The notes under the pieces were generated by a model. The model was not told where the DNA came from. It worked only from the letters and a program-made list of their open reading frames with translations, and did not search any database. DNA of 63,031 nucleotides, counting the filler, from Phoronis australis (Eukaryota; Animalia; Phoronida), in the NCBI GenBank assembly GCA_002633005.1. It is 6 parts of 6 records of this genome, joined end to end, with 100 filler letters (N's around TTAATTAATTAA, not from the genome) between each part and the next. Parts side by side here need not be neighbours in the genome. Positions count along the whole stretch, not along the records: positions 5,595 to 31,621 come from NMRA01000205.1; positions 31,722 to 33,694 come from NMRA01000483.1; positions 33,795 to 61,785 come from NMRA01000500.1; 3 more parts are not named here. One strand, given 5' to 3'. Below, piece after piece: positions 23,983 to 35,081 of this stretch (position 1 is the stretch's first letter; each line of letters begins with the position of its first letter). Both the position numbers and the translations under genes were made by a program.

Positions 23983-24935
23983 TTTGTCAACGCCAATAAC
24001 GTGCACTGTATATGATGTAGCTTTCCCTACGTTCAAGATTATCCATTTTACATCTAATTATCAAAATACGGCCGGAACGACTGAGAGAACTCGCTCTCTA
24101 CTTAGTTTGATCAGCCAACTACAGAAACTGTCCCAGATAGAAATCTTCTTTGTCCTGGAGGTAGGAAAGCGCATTGTTATCTTGGCCTCGTTTTAAAAAT
24201 GTCGGGCTGATTCTAGGGATCATGTCGGAAAATATTGCATCCACAGATACTTCTCATGTTTATCCAACTTTCTGCCGCTGTAGTTGCCTTGCTGCCCGCA
24301 GCATGACAGTAAATAAAATTAACTTCGCTGGCACTGGAAGATCAAATACAGTTTGTGCAGTCGAGAATAATTGAATAGGCAAGGCACAAACAAATAACAT
24401 GAGAAACTCCAATGACGTGACAACGCGGTCAGAGAAGTGTTGATGGATGTTACAGCCTTTTGGGGCAATACTGCGAAATTCAATTGTCGGTGTACAATCC
24501 CGGACCCTCCTATATATATATATATATGTATGATGAATCAACAGTAGCATTTATAAAACATGAACCTGCAGTGACCGTCTCAGCGCTGTATGGCTCCGGT
24601 CGGGTGCTAGCATGGATTACCTCACTACAACCAACTCCCGTTTTGTCTGTATTCCAGACGATCCCCGTTTTTCAGAGGCCTGATATCAGTGAATCATTCT
24701 TTTGTTCTCCGTGCTCAGTTCTTTGTCCGAATATGACGTCACGAGGCAAACGGGATTATCTTTCACGCTAAGTGATATACAACAACACATTTACTCAAAA
24801 ATAATAGAGTCGACGGCAACACCAATATTCCCTGCTGAAAAGTAGAGAAGCATTGTCCGACTCAAGATACTACTGAAAGGTCCGGTTTCCTTATGTTGTG
24901 AAAAACGGAAGTGAGTGCACCGACTTGACAGTTCA

Positions 24936-25233
24936 TTAATGGGTATGCAAATCTGCCGGTTCAGTTCTCCCAAATGTCGATGTCTCGGAAAAATCCGTGA
25001 CCTCTTCTTCAACTGCGTCCATGTTCCTGAATGATGTATATGGGTTTACTTTTCTCAGTACGAAGTAGCTGTATATTTTGCGTTTATTTTGGTACAACAT
25101 TACTGCGAGGAGAACCAGCACGGCCACAACAATGAATACAGCAACGATCACTGTCCCGGTGGAAGAGCTGGTACTACAGTCAAATGTCTTGTCCAAAATA
25201 CTTATCCCCTTCAATGGCTCGGGAGACGCGCAC
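24936..25233 (-). CDS. LRR transmembrane protein, last exon (end of LRRCT, TM helix, short cytoplasmic tail, stop)
   Basis: ttccag acceptor; phase fits upstream donor (ac+g); CASPEPLKGISILDKTFDC, TM VIVAVFIVVAVLVLLAVMLY, basic QNKRK, ~50 aa tail, no TIR. Confidence 0.88.
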
Positions 25234-26218
25234 CTGGAATATTTCAAAGTTCATCGCGTCAGTGTGGCCGCTGATGTTTTCCAATCGTGGACAAGATGAT
25301 GCCAGTGCAGTAAATGTAGGTTATAGCACGGCGAGGCCCTTAATCCCAGTCTCTGGACAACCAGTGGGATTTGGAGGTATTATCACATGTGGGGCTACGG
25401 CCCCTCGGGTGACTGGACACCGAGTTCCTCCAAATCTCACGAGGGGTTTAGACATGATAATTATATCGAGGACATGTTTGTTGAGCATAAAACGAAAAAA
25501 GTCGCAAAACAATGAAAATATTCAATATTCGTTGTACAGCGCACTGAATCAAGGCCACACGCTTGAGTATCTAGTTGTTGATAATCTTTATTTGGTTTCT
25601 CTCATACTTCCGAAACTTACCAAAGGGCAATCAGTTGAGTAAGAGACATAAACTAAATCACACACGATTTTTCGAAACACTGTAATTTCATTCTCATGTG
25701 AGCATAAAATGATACAGTAATACCAACACAAAGCACCAGCTAGCGATGTTTCTCGAGTGGGCCGTGCGAAGTACGGGTACTGCCAAGTACAACAAAAAGG
25801 TCACGCAAACAAGCGTTGTGTGTGGCGAGACCCTGTTTGCTGTGCAAGACTAGCTTTTCAAAATAAGTACACACTTCAAGGTTTTTAGTCACTGCACATC
25901 GTATTCAACAAAGGAATGTTTCCCACAATTCCTTGACTGTTGATTTTCTTTCCATGTTTTTGCCGGAAATGTTCACGTATGACGTCATTCTGAAGATGAA
26001 TAGTTAACCCGACAGAAAGAGACTGTTTGACCAATAAAAGGTTGTTTGACTTTTGAAATTAGACATTCGTCCATACACCACGGTTCATAGACAGCACGGC
26101 AATGGGCCGAATTTTTGCTTTGGAAATGGTGTTTTCCATGACAAAGTTACATTGTTATTTAGGCAAGCGAGTTTCTATAGTCCAAGTTCGCACATGACGA
26201 CCCCCAAACAAGTAAAAA

Positions 26219-26819
26219 CGATATAAGGTCATTTATTATGACTGATAAGGTACAGAAATATGAGTGTACAAATAACATAAAGATAAAATAATAATCCCTG
26301 GAAAGATGGGCAGTAAAAAGCGCCAGCACTCAGGTAAGAGGAACTACCCAGAGTAGAGGGTGGTAGAGGGTGGGAAAAATGAAGAGAAATTAGCTCGAAC
26401 CTAAGTGCTGCAAAGCGAAGTACAGATGGCAGGAAATATAACTTTCTTGAGAACAAAGGAGCCCTATGACACGTGACAATCATCAGCCTATGGGAGCCAG
26501 GAGCTGACCAAACTCGTGGCAGTAATACAAACGAACCAATAGTGAGGCTGGAAATGGAATGTCCTAGTGCCTTGAGAGCAGGAGGACCGCATGCGAATCT
26601 ACACAAGGGGTTATTGGACCAGTCCGAAAGAAGGGGGTATAAGAGGGACGAGTCCATATTCTCGCATAAATATATTTAACGAGTGTAATGTCATTTATGC
26701 TCGGAATATGTCCCGAAAATAATAGGTGCGTCGCAAGCTCCGTTTCCAGAGATTAAAGGAGACCGTGTATAGGCGATATAAGGTCATTTATTATGACTGA
26801 TAAGGTACAGAAATATGAG
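26219..26819. mobile_element. ~510 bp segment bracketed by identical 46-bp direct repeats in the LRR gene intron
   Basis: cgatataaggtcatttattatgactgataaggtacagaaatatgag at 26219-26264 and 26774-26819. Confidence 0.55.
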
Positions 26820-26998
26820 ATTTCGTGTTCAGAATCGAACTGTACTTTACCGATCACAGCTAGCCTAGGATAACAAACACTTATTTTGGGTTCGCACGCA
26901 AGTAGAACTCCGTAAAATAACAAACATAATTTGAGTTTGATTTCTAGACAGTGACCAGTGGCCTTAAAGTGTGTTTCTGAAACACGTGTTGTACTCAC

Positions 26999-27990
26999 GT
27001 TATATCCTTCGTCATGTTTTCAAGTTTCCTTGGCAAGCTTCGTAGCCAGTATAAAGAGCAGTTGCAAGCCCAGGGATCATGATTGTGACTCAGGTCCAGT
27101 ACTCTAGCTGTGCAAACGCCAGGGCATGCTCATCTATTGTCATTAAGAGCGTTGTAACCTAATGATACGCTTCTGAGCGAAGTCACCCCTTCAAAAGCTG
27201 ATGGCGAAATGTAATCTAACTTGGGATTGTTACTGAGAACGATTGTTTGCAAAGATCGAAAAGAGCTAAACGCGTGTTTTTCTATGCGCGTCAAGCCGGT
27301 CAAATATAGAAGACTTAGCGTCTGGGCAGAACTATGCTTTCTGTTAGTTTCCGGTGACAATGTCTTCATTAAATTTTTGTTCAGGATGACAGAATCACCA
27401 TGAAACCCAGTATTTGTTTCTAAACATGCTATGGGGATAGATCCAAGTTTGTTTACACCAAGGTTTAAAATATTTATTGTTGTATTTCGAAACGCATGAG
27501 TTGATACCTCAGTAATTTCGTTGTTTGAAAAATCGAGGTTGCCAATCGTGGAATTTTCTGTACTAAACAGGTCGTTAGGAATTGTCTTCAACGCGTTGTA
27601 GCTCACATCGATGGCATCTAATGTTTCGAGTCCTTGAAATGAAGATTTTGTAAGTACTTTCAACATGTTGTGGGCTAGACTGAGTCTTCGAAGTTTTTTC
27701 AGTTTAATGAAGACACTATCCACGTTCTCGATTGAATTACAACTCAAATCTAGAACTGTGAGCTGAGTAAGATTAAGTTGATGCAGAACTGTCACATAAT
27801 TATCAGAAATGTTAAGGATTTGTACGCTATTTGGAAGGGTGGGAAATTCACTGAGACTCCTTGAACTACAGTCGGCCATCGTCTCGTCCTCGTTGCATTC
27901 GCACTTGGTGTTGCAAGCAGACTCTGCAGAGATTTGGGGGACTAAGTACAGCGAACACAGCAATAGAATGTTGCTTGAGAGGTTCTTCAT
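26999..27990 (-). pseudogene. LRR transmembrane protein, main coding exon (signal peptide, LRRNT, ~11 LRRs, start of LRRCT), disrupted by TGA at 27132-27130; pseudogene or sequence error
   Basis: MKNLSSNILLLCSLYLV signal, CNTKCEC...DCS LRRNT, LxxLxLxxN repeats; after the stop VLDLSHNHDPWACNCSLYWL, then gtgagt donor at 26998. Confidence 0.8.
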
Positions 27991-28971
27991 TTTTAAAGAC
28001 TGAAACAAATGAAGATGGCGCTTTAGACAAAAGTGGCCCTGAAGATCGTGTAGGGGACCGGCTATGCAAGGGTGCTCAACAGAGCGAGGACTGGACCACA
28101 AATGTTTGTCGAGATCACACAACAGTAATTCAAGATCTCACGGGTGTTTTTTAGCAAGCTCTCGATATCACACCGTAAACCTGTCTTACATTATGAAAAC
28201 CAAAGTTTGACTTCTACAACTTAGCGTTACGGAGTTGGTCTCCAAATGTGTCTTATTCAAATGGGATGCTATTTCATGGCTTCGAAAGAACAAATAGTTC
28301 GTTATTGCTTGAGAGCAGGCTGTATAAGGTGGGTTGTCATGACTATACGAGCACGGTTTAAATGAAAACAATCTGTTCTTTGCAAATTCATAAATATCAT
28401 ACCATCGGATTGAGTACACGTTGAGGCGGATTTTATTGCTTCTTGGACGGAACACAGATTCATGACTTAAACAAATGAAAATGGTAGGACGGTTTTGGAA
28501 GTAAACGGCACGTAAACACTCACAGCGTACTGTATTCTCGAGCATTACCACTCACTGCAAATGCATCGTGAGAGGACGTCGTTATTCAACGCAGTCGATA
28601 GGAAATAAGCTGTTGCAGCCGGCGGATTGTGTTCTATAGATTACCTGCTCTGCAGGTGATGCTTCTCCTGCAGTGGTGTCACGGACATGTGCTTTACACG
28701 GTGCGTCTGCGCTGGGTAAATTTAAGGCATGAAGACAAAAGTTATGTTTAGCCACTTCCTCGTCATGTGACTTACCCTCTGATCTCACTGATACACCAGG
28801 TCACGAAATCAGCTGATTTAACCCTCTATAAAAAATCGGTCAAAGGACGTACTCCTTGCAATCTCAAACAGGTATAGTATCTTCGTTATCAAAACTCCAG
28901 TAATGTCAAGAAGGTCAAATTCAAACTCAGATAGAACGATTTTGCGGTGGAGCATACGATGCCGGCCAGAA

Positions 28972-29040
28972 CATAGGCGGCGCACCATAGGGTGCTGGGG
29001 AAGCTATAACCCCCCATTTTTCAGTGCTGCGCCGCCCACG
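28972..29040. mobile_element. Short TIR element (gggcggcgca...tgcgccgccc type); related end at ~51858-51913
   Basis: ggcggcgcaccataggg...ctata.ccccc..ttttca shared by both sites. Confidence 0.5.
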
Positions 29041-29939
29041 CACGCGTTAAGGGTATGTAGTACTTTATCGAAAAGTCTGTATAATTAACCAAATATCTAC
29101 AAGTCTATAGAATTTAAATCACCAAAGTTATATGTTTTATGAAAGAAGAAATGCCGTAAAAATTGATTTTTGATGTTATGCCAATATGCCATCAAGTTAC
29201 GTTACGTGGCCATGGAATTTTAGGAAAATTTAGCAAGAAAGAAAGGTCCATTCGCAGTAAAACAACATGATCAATAACATGACTAAATTTTCTACGAAAT
29301 AAATGTTCGAGATACAAAAAATCCCAAAAGCGCTGTTACAGTTTTCGGAATTATCGTTTCATTTTCGTTTTATGCAACTTTAAATTTCATAAATATCATA
29401 TGAGTCATATTCTTGGTAGCCCCTTGTGCAAAAGTGAAGCATGTTAAAAACAATTTCTGACAGTTTTGTAGAAGAGTGGATAAAGCATAGTATCAGAAAA
29501 TTTTATGTGAATCCGTACCAACTGGCGGAGTCTAACGATGGCAGCCGACTGCTCGAAGCTGATATTTCACATGTCTATGGTGCTAATTGACCTGTCGCAA
29601 GCTCTGCCTCCTTGCGAAATGTCGACAAACAAACAATAAATCTTACCTAGCAACGAGTTGTTTGTCTAATAAAATGGCGATATGGAAACGAAGGTGTGTC
29701 AAGAATGCTGCGTTGCGATTGGTCAATTAAGCCGTCACTCTTAATGCAATAAATTAGATGGGGCCTGTTTCATGAAAATAATTTAATAATAAGAAATTTA
29801 CACTTACGTTCCCACTTCTCAGTTGTTGAATGATGAGCACATCACAGCCTAGACATTGTGTGACAGTAATGCTTATATATTCTTTGAGGCTTTTTAGTGA
29901 GATTTAATTATTTTTCAGCATTAAAGTGGAGCGTAACAG

Positions 29940-30830
29940 CACACTGCGCCCCCTCATGGCTGTTTTGTTTGTTTTTTGCGCCCGCAACTGTATTTTCTGC
30001 AGGATCTTTGTGACAAGTGTAGAACGACTTTAGGACGGATCCATTTAATGAAAAAAGGGATGACACCTTCTAGTTTTGGGATGTATTTTACATAATGTAC
30101 GCCATCTAGTGGCCATTTTTACTACTTTCAAATAGCTTTCTGGCCTCTCTGTCGGCCAAACTACCCTAAAGTTTGTCATCAAAGTTTTTATTTTGGGAAG
30201 TGCGCTTCCGACAATGATTTTTGGACGGCTTTGACAACTGTGGTGCACCCTAGAGGCCAAACCTCCTGTAGGATCTTTGTGAAATTTAGCAAGCGTATTT
30301 TTATGAACGTGGCAACCCAGGGCGGATCCAGGATTTCAAGTGAGGGGGTTCAGGGCAGAGTATTAGCCAGAATTTTGTCCGTCAGACATTCGCACCTCCG
30401 AACTGCCAAATGGAATGCAACCAGTGACAACTTTCAAGTCTATCCGACTACCGCTGTGCCCGTAGGAACCGTGATGTCATTTTTTTACGTTTTCCGCTGT
30501 ATTTTGGAGTTCCTTGTTGGATTTTCAAGAGATTTAGCAAATAGTGTTTTTTAAAAAGATGAAGACGCCTTCCCATTTTAGGTTGGATTTGGCCTTGTGT
30601 ACCCCTCCTAGTGACCATTTTTATTAATTTTGAGTGCGTCTCTCTACGATCACAAAGGATCATATTTGTCTTTTTCTAGGACGTGCAAAGTGATTGACTA
30701 TGATTTTCGGTTAGGTCCGACTGCTGTGGTGCCTTCTAGCTTGTGGCGATATTTGCTTTTTCGTCTGTCGCTCAAAAATCTACTAAGTCCCTTAATGGAT
30801 CTTCGTGAAATTTCTATGTGTTTTTATTGA
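29940..30830. mobile_element. Degenerate copy of HINE-like family 1 internal array
   Basis: ctagtgg / caggatctttgtga subunits similar to 45155-46020. Confidence 0.6.
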
Positions 30831-31429
30831 GGAGAGAACAAGTGATGTGACATGCTGGGCTCTTTGTCTTGGTTCAACACAAAAATCTAGACGTCAAAAA
30901 CTAGTGATCAAAAATTTCGAATTTGGCATTTTCCTCCCCACAATCAGAAGTTCACCGTTGCCCCGATTCCAGATAGGAGACGAGATTCCAGATGCTCTTG
31001 TCTCCTAGAATCCAGAAATTCATGCTAAAATATGTCATTACCAACCAAATTATTTTCGATTTCCATTCATCTGAAGGGTACTGAAGAGAAAAGTTTGGAA
31101 AAGTTTGAAAAAGAGTTTGAGCAAATAAATGATTTCAAATTCTAGAGTTCCGTAGAGCAGAAGCCAGATGGGAGACTTGTTTACTGAAAATAAATCCAAA
31201 CAACCAAGGAATACCATTCGCGGCAACCATTTCGGTTTGTTCCACACAAATGCCATACATGTTGCGACCACCACAACGATTTGAGGTCTAAAGCCATTGT
31301 TATAAATTTTTTCGAGCTTTCAATGTATGAAAATAGAGTCCAATGTGCAAGTGAGACGCATTTTATTTCTGTTTTATTTTATTTCTGTTTTGTCATGGAA
31401 TGGTTTACATAGTTATAGTCAAGTTGACG

Positions 31430-31621
31430 CCTCCCAGCATTAGAAAACACAGCTACAGTCAGTAACAACCTCCCAGCACTAGAAAACACAGCTACAGTCA
31501 GTAACAACCTCCCAGCACTAGAAAACACAGCTACAGTCAGTAACAACCTCCCAGCACTAGAAAACACAGCTACAGTCAGTAACAACCTCCCAGCACTAGA
31601 AAACACAGCTACAGTCAGTAA
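31430..31621. repeat. 39-bp minisatellite, 5 copies, cut by linker
   Basis: cctcccagcactagaaaacacagctacagtcagtaacaa. Confidence 0.95.
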
Positions 31622-32484
31622 NNNNNNNNNNNNNNNNNNNNNNNNNNNNNNNNNNNNNNNNNNNNTTAATTAATTAANNNNNNNNNNNNNNNNNNNNNNN
31701 NNNNNNNNNNNNNNNNNNNNNGGTTGTGAAAAGAAAAAAGAAATAGCTAGATAGGTCTTGACAGTATTTGTCTGTCAGTGTCTTAAGAGGTGGTGTTGGC
31801 ATATGGTACTTCTTCGCGGACTCCTCAACAGCATCAGGAGCTGAAAAGCACTGTCCGATAGGTGGAGCGGAATGAGAGCCAAAATGAAGGAGGCTTTGAC
31901 CGTTTGTCTATGAGATCATGTCCAACTGAATAACTGATAAAATGCAAGTAGAATCAGTAGAAGCAGGAAAGTAGAAGAATGTGGACCAAGAGCAAGAAGC
32001 AGAGTCTGTTGAGAAAGAAATGTGAGACATGATGATGATAGAAACTGATAAATAGGGGCGAAATTATAAGAACAAAAATAATGAAGAAAATAACAAATGG
32101 TTTGGTCCACAGCAAATTCCAACAAAGCTTACCTGGAGGATAAAGATAAGATCAGGGTGAGATTTATGAACAGTCTAGGCAAACCTCAATTGTTCTGTTA
32201 AAAACTATATATACTGGCCTGTGGTCAGAAAAAAAGTTTATCGAAAGCATGTAATGTTTCAAAGTAGTGGACCACAAAGTCTTGGAAACACAGGACTGCA
32301 GTAGAACTGTACATTTGTAATATTTGTTTAATCTAAAATTTAAACATTTTCATTTTCTATCTTGACATATTCTGAATAAAATGTCATGACCAACAAGGCA
32401 AGATGGGTGTGGACCTCTCTGGCAGCAAGCCAACCCAAGTCTATCAGTGGCTTGACCAACAAAAATGTGAAGCAAAATAGAAAA

Positions 32485-33694
32485 AACAAGAGCAACGCAG
32501 AGCGTTGAAATGCGCCCACAATTGCACCGCATACGGTATCCTTCAAGGGTTGTTTATTGGTACCATAAAGTGGCCAGTAGAGGGCATATATGTAGTATGT
32601 TGTACTTTGCAAAATGGAAAGGCATGGTACTTGTCTCCTCAATAGGCTAGGGGCANCCGCCCTCCCCCGATTTTTTGGATTCGCCAATTTAACCGCCCAG
32701 GGCGCTAACCCGAACGATTACGGTAGAATCAAAAACAAATTTACCAACATACGAGATTAGCACAGCATTAGAATGCCAGAAACAAATTTCTGCTTGGAAC
32801 TTTTCCTTCATAGTCACGGAGTAAGTGAAGACCTATGAAAATACAGAGGTCAATGTAAAATACTTAAATTGCCACTAGAGGCATACCGGTAGTCAGAATC
32901 ATCCTAAAGTCGTCATCGTCCGTTGTCAACATCACATAAATACACTTGCTAAATTTAGTGAAGATCCTGCAAACGGTTTGGGAGATACAGCCATGGGCGC
33001 AAAAAAACTGCCACTAGGAGGCGCCACAGTAATCAAAGTCATGGGAAATTCAGCGTCAACCGTCCTCTTCATAGTACATGCCAATTTTCACAATCATACT
33101 TAGAGCGGTTTGGTTGATAGAGGGGTGGACGCCAAAAATCAGACTCAAAAACAGTAAAAATGGCCACTGGGTGTCGCAAACTAGGTCGAACCCATCCGAA
33201 AACGGGAGGATAGCGTCATCGCACTAATAGGTGCCTACATACCAAATTTCATGAAAATCCGTTAAGGACTTGTGAAGATGCAGAGGTAAACGTAAAAAAA
33301 TAAAATTGCCACTAGGGGGCACACCGGTAGTCGGATCCGTCCAAAAGTCGTCATCTTCCGTTGTTAACATCATATAAATATACTTACACAATTTCGTAAA
33401 GATCCTGCGAAAGGTTTAGGAGATACAGCCATAGGCGCAAAAAACAAAACTGCCACTAGGAGGTGCCACAGTAGTCGAAATCGTCGGAAAATCATCGTCA
33501 ACCGTCCTCTACATAGTAAGCATATACATGCCAATTTTCACAATCATCCTTTAAGCGGTTTGGTTGATAGAGGGGTGGACGCACAAAAACAGACTCGAAA
33601 ACACTAAAAATGGCCACTAGGTGGTGCAAACTATGTCGAATCCATCTGAAAACGGGAGGTTAGCGTCATCTCACTAATAGGTGCCTACATACCA
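32485..33694 (-). mobile_element. Helentron/HINE-like family 1, reverse orientation, with ~145-bp subunit array; interrupted near the N at 32656 by a MITE end (ttacggta)
   Basis: Reverse complement terminus tgtgggcgcat-ttcaacgctctgcgttg-ctcttgtt (subterminal inverted repeat + 3' hairpin). Confidence 0.7.
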
Positions 33695-35081
33695 NNNNNN
33701 NNNNNNNNNNNNNNNNNNNNNNNNNNNNNNNNNNNNNNTTAATTAATTAANNNNNNNNNNNNNNNNNNNNNNNNNNNNNNNNNNNNNNNNNNNNCGCAGA
33801 CTAATGAGACCAGCTGTATACGTAAGTTTTGCCATTCATTTTTATTTTTAGCAACTAAAGCTTGTTTGCTGAATTTTTTTACAGACTGAAATAATTGACA
33901 TCAATCTTGCCTTTGATGTTTTAAAAGTTGTGGCCAAATTATAAGCAGAAAGTGGAAAACAATTCCAATAATCTTGCTTTCTGTACTTCTATCATTTATT
34001 TAATATTTGCTGTTTGTGCTGCCACCATAGATTATAGACAACAGATTTGCAACTCCGACATTTTCATGCGTTATATCCTAGAAGAGGTGCCACTCTCCTA
34101 AATTACATGTCCCAGTTTCTGGTTAGTGTATTGTGATGACACAACAGCCAACCATGATTAGCAAATGATATACTTGCCGGAAATATCATCAGATAATTTG
34201 GCCAGGTGTCGCTAGGGAATCTGATGTCATTGCTTCTGTGAGAGCACAGACTTCGTCCATTGAAAGTATACGGAGTTGGCAATCCAGGCACTGTAGTCTA
34301 TGCTGCCATCAATGATTTTGTGATCGTATGTAATCTGCATCCTGCATCTTGTCATTTGATTATCTCAAAAACTACTTACCAAATCATGATAGGTTACATG
34401 TCAGGTGAGTGCTGACACCAGTCCATTTCCATACAGATTCATTACACCCCAGTAAGCCAACAAGGCATTGATTTTCTGTCAATTTTTGGCAAAAAAAACT
34501 TCATGAAGTTTAGTAAAAATAGACAGAGAGAGATGTGGTTGGAATTCACCAGCACCAGCTAATTTTCAAATGTGTTACCCCGTTTGATTTAGTTTTCAAC
34601 AAGAAATCATTTGTCTGCATATTTTGGTGAAAGACTTTGACAAATTTTATTGAAATGTGACACAGGGGTATGTTATGGGAATCCGCCATCACCATTCAGT
34701 TTTTGAGCAGATTTCCCTATGGACTGTAGCATTCCCTGATGGCATTTTAAGTGTTTCTCTGTATTTCTACTGCATGTGAGGCACACAGGTGATCTATTGC
34801 ATGTGAGGCACACTGGTGATGCAATACAATGCTGCATTGCTCGCATTGTTTCATACATTAAAAGTTTTTCTTTAGCACAGTTTTCTTCATGCGTGTGACA
34901 ATTATATTCAATTTTCAAAGTGCATCATTGTCAAACAGTCTAGTCCTGTTAGCAATCTGAAAATAATAATAATTGTATTCTATAGATTGCAGTAATCAGC
35001 ACAATTTCTAGAATGTATGCTGTTCCTGGTCAATGTATGGAAGAGAGATCTAAGTCTTGGTTTTCTGGTTTCTGTTTTCAG

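Noticed and set aside
27130-27132. In-frame TGA as selenocysteine or programmed readthrough
   Set aside because: Residues around it break the LRR consensus while the shifted frame fits; no SECIS recognised
28770-28835. Possible 5' non-coding exon and TATA for the LRR gene (minus-strand gtaagt donor near 28775)
   Set aside because: TATA-Inr spacing is off and there is no transcript evidence
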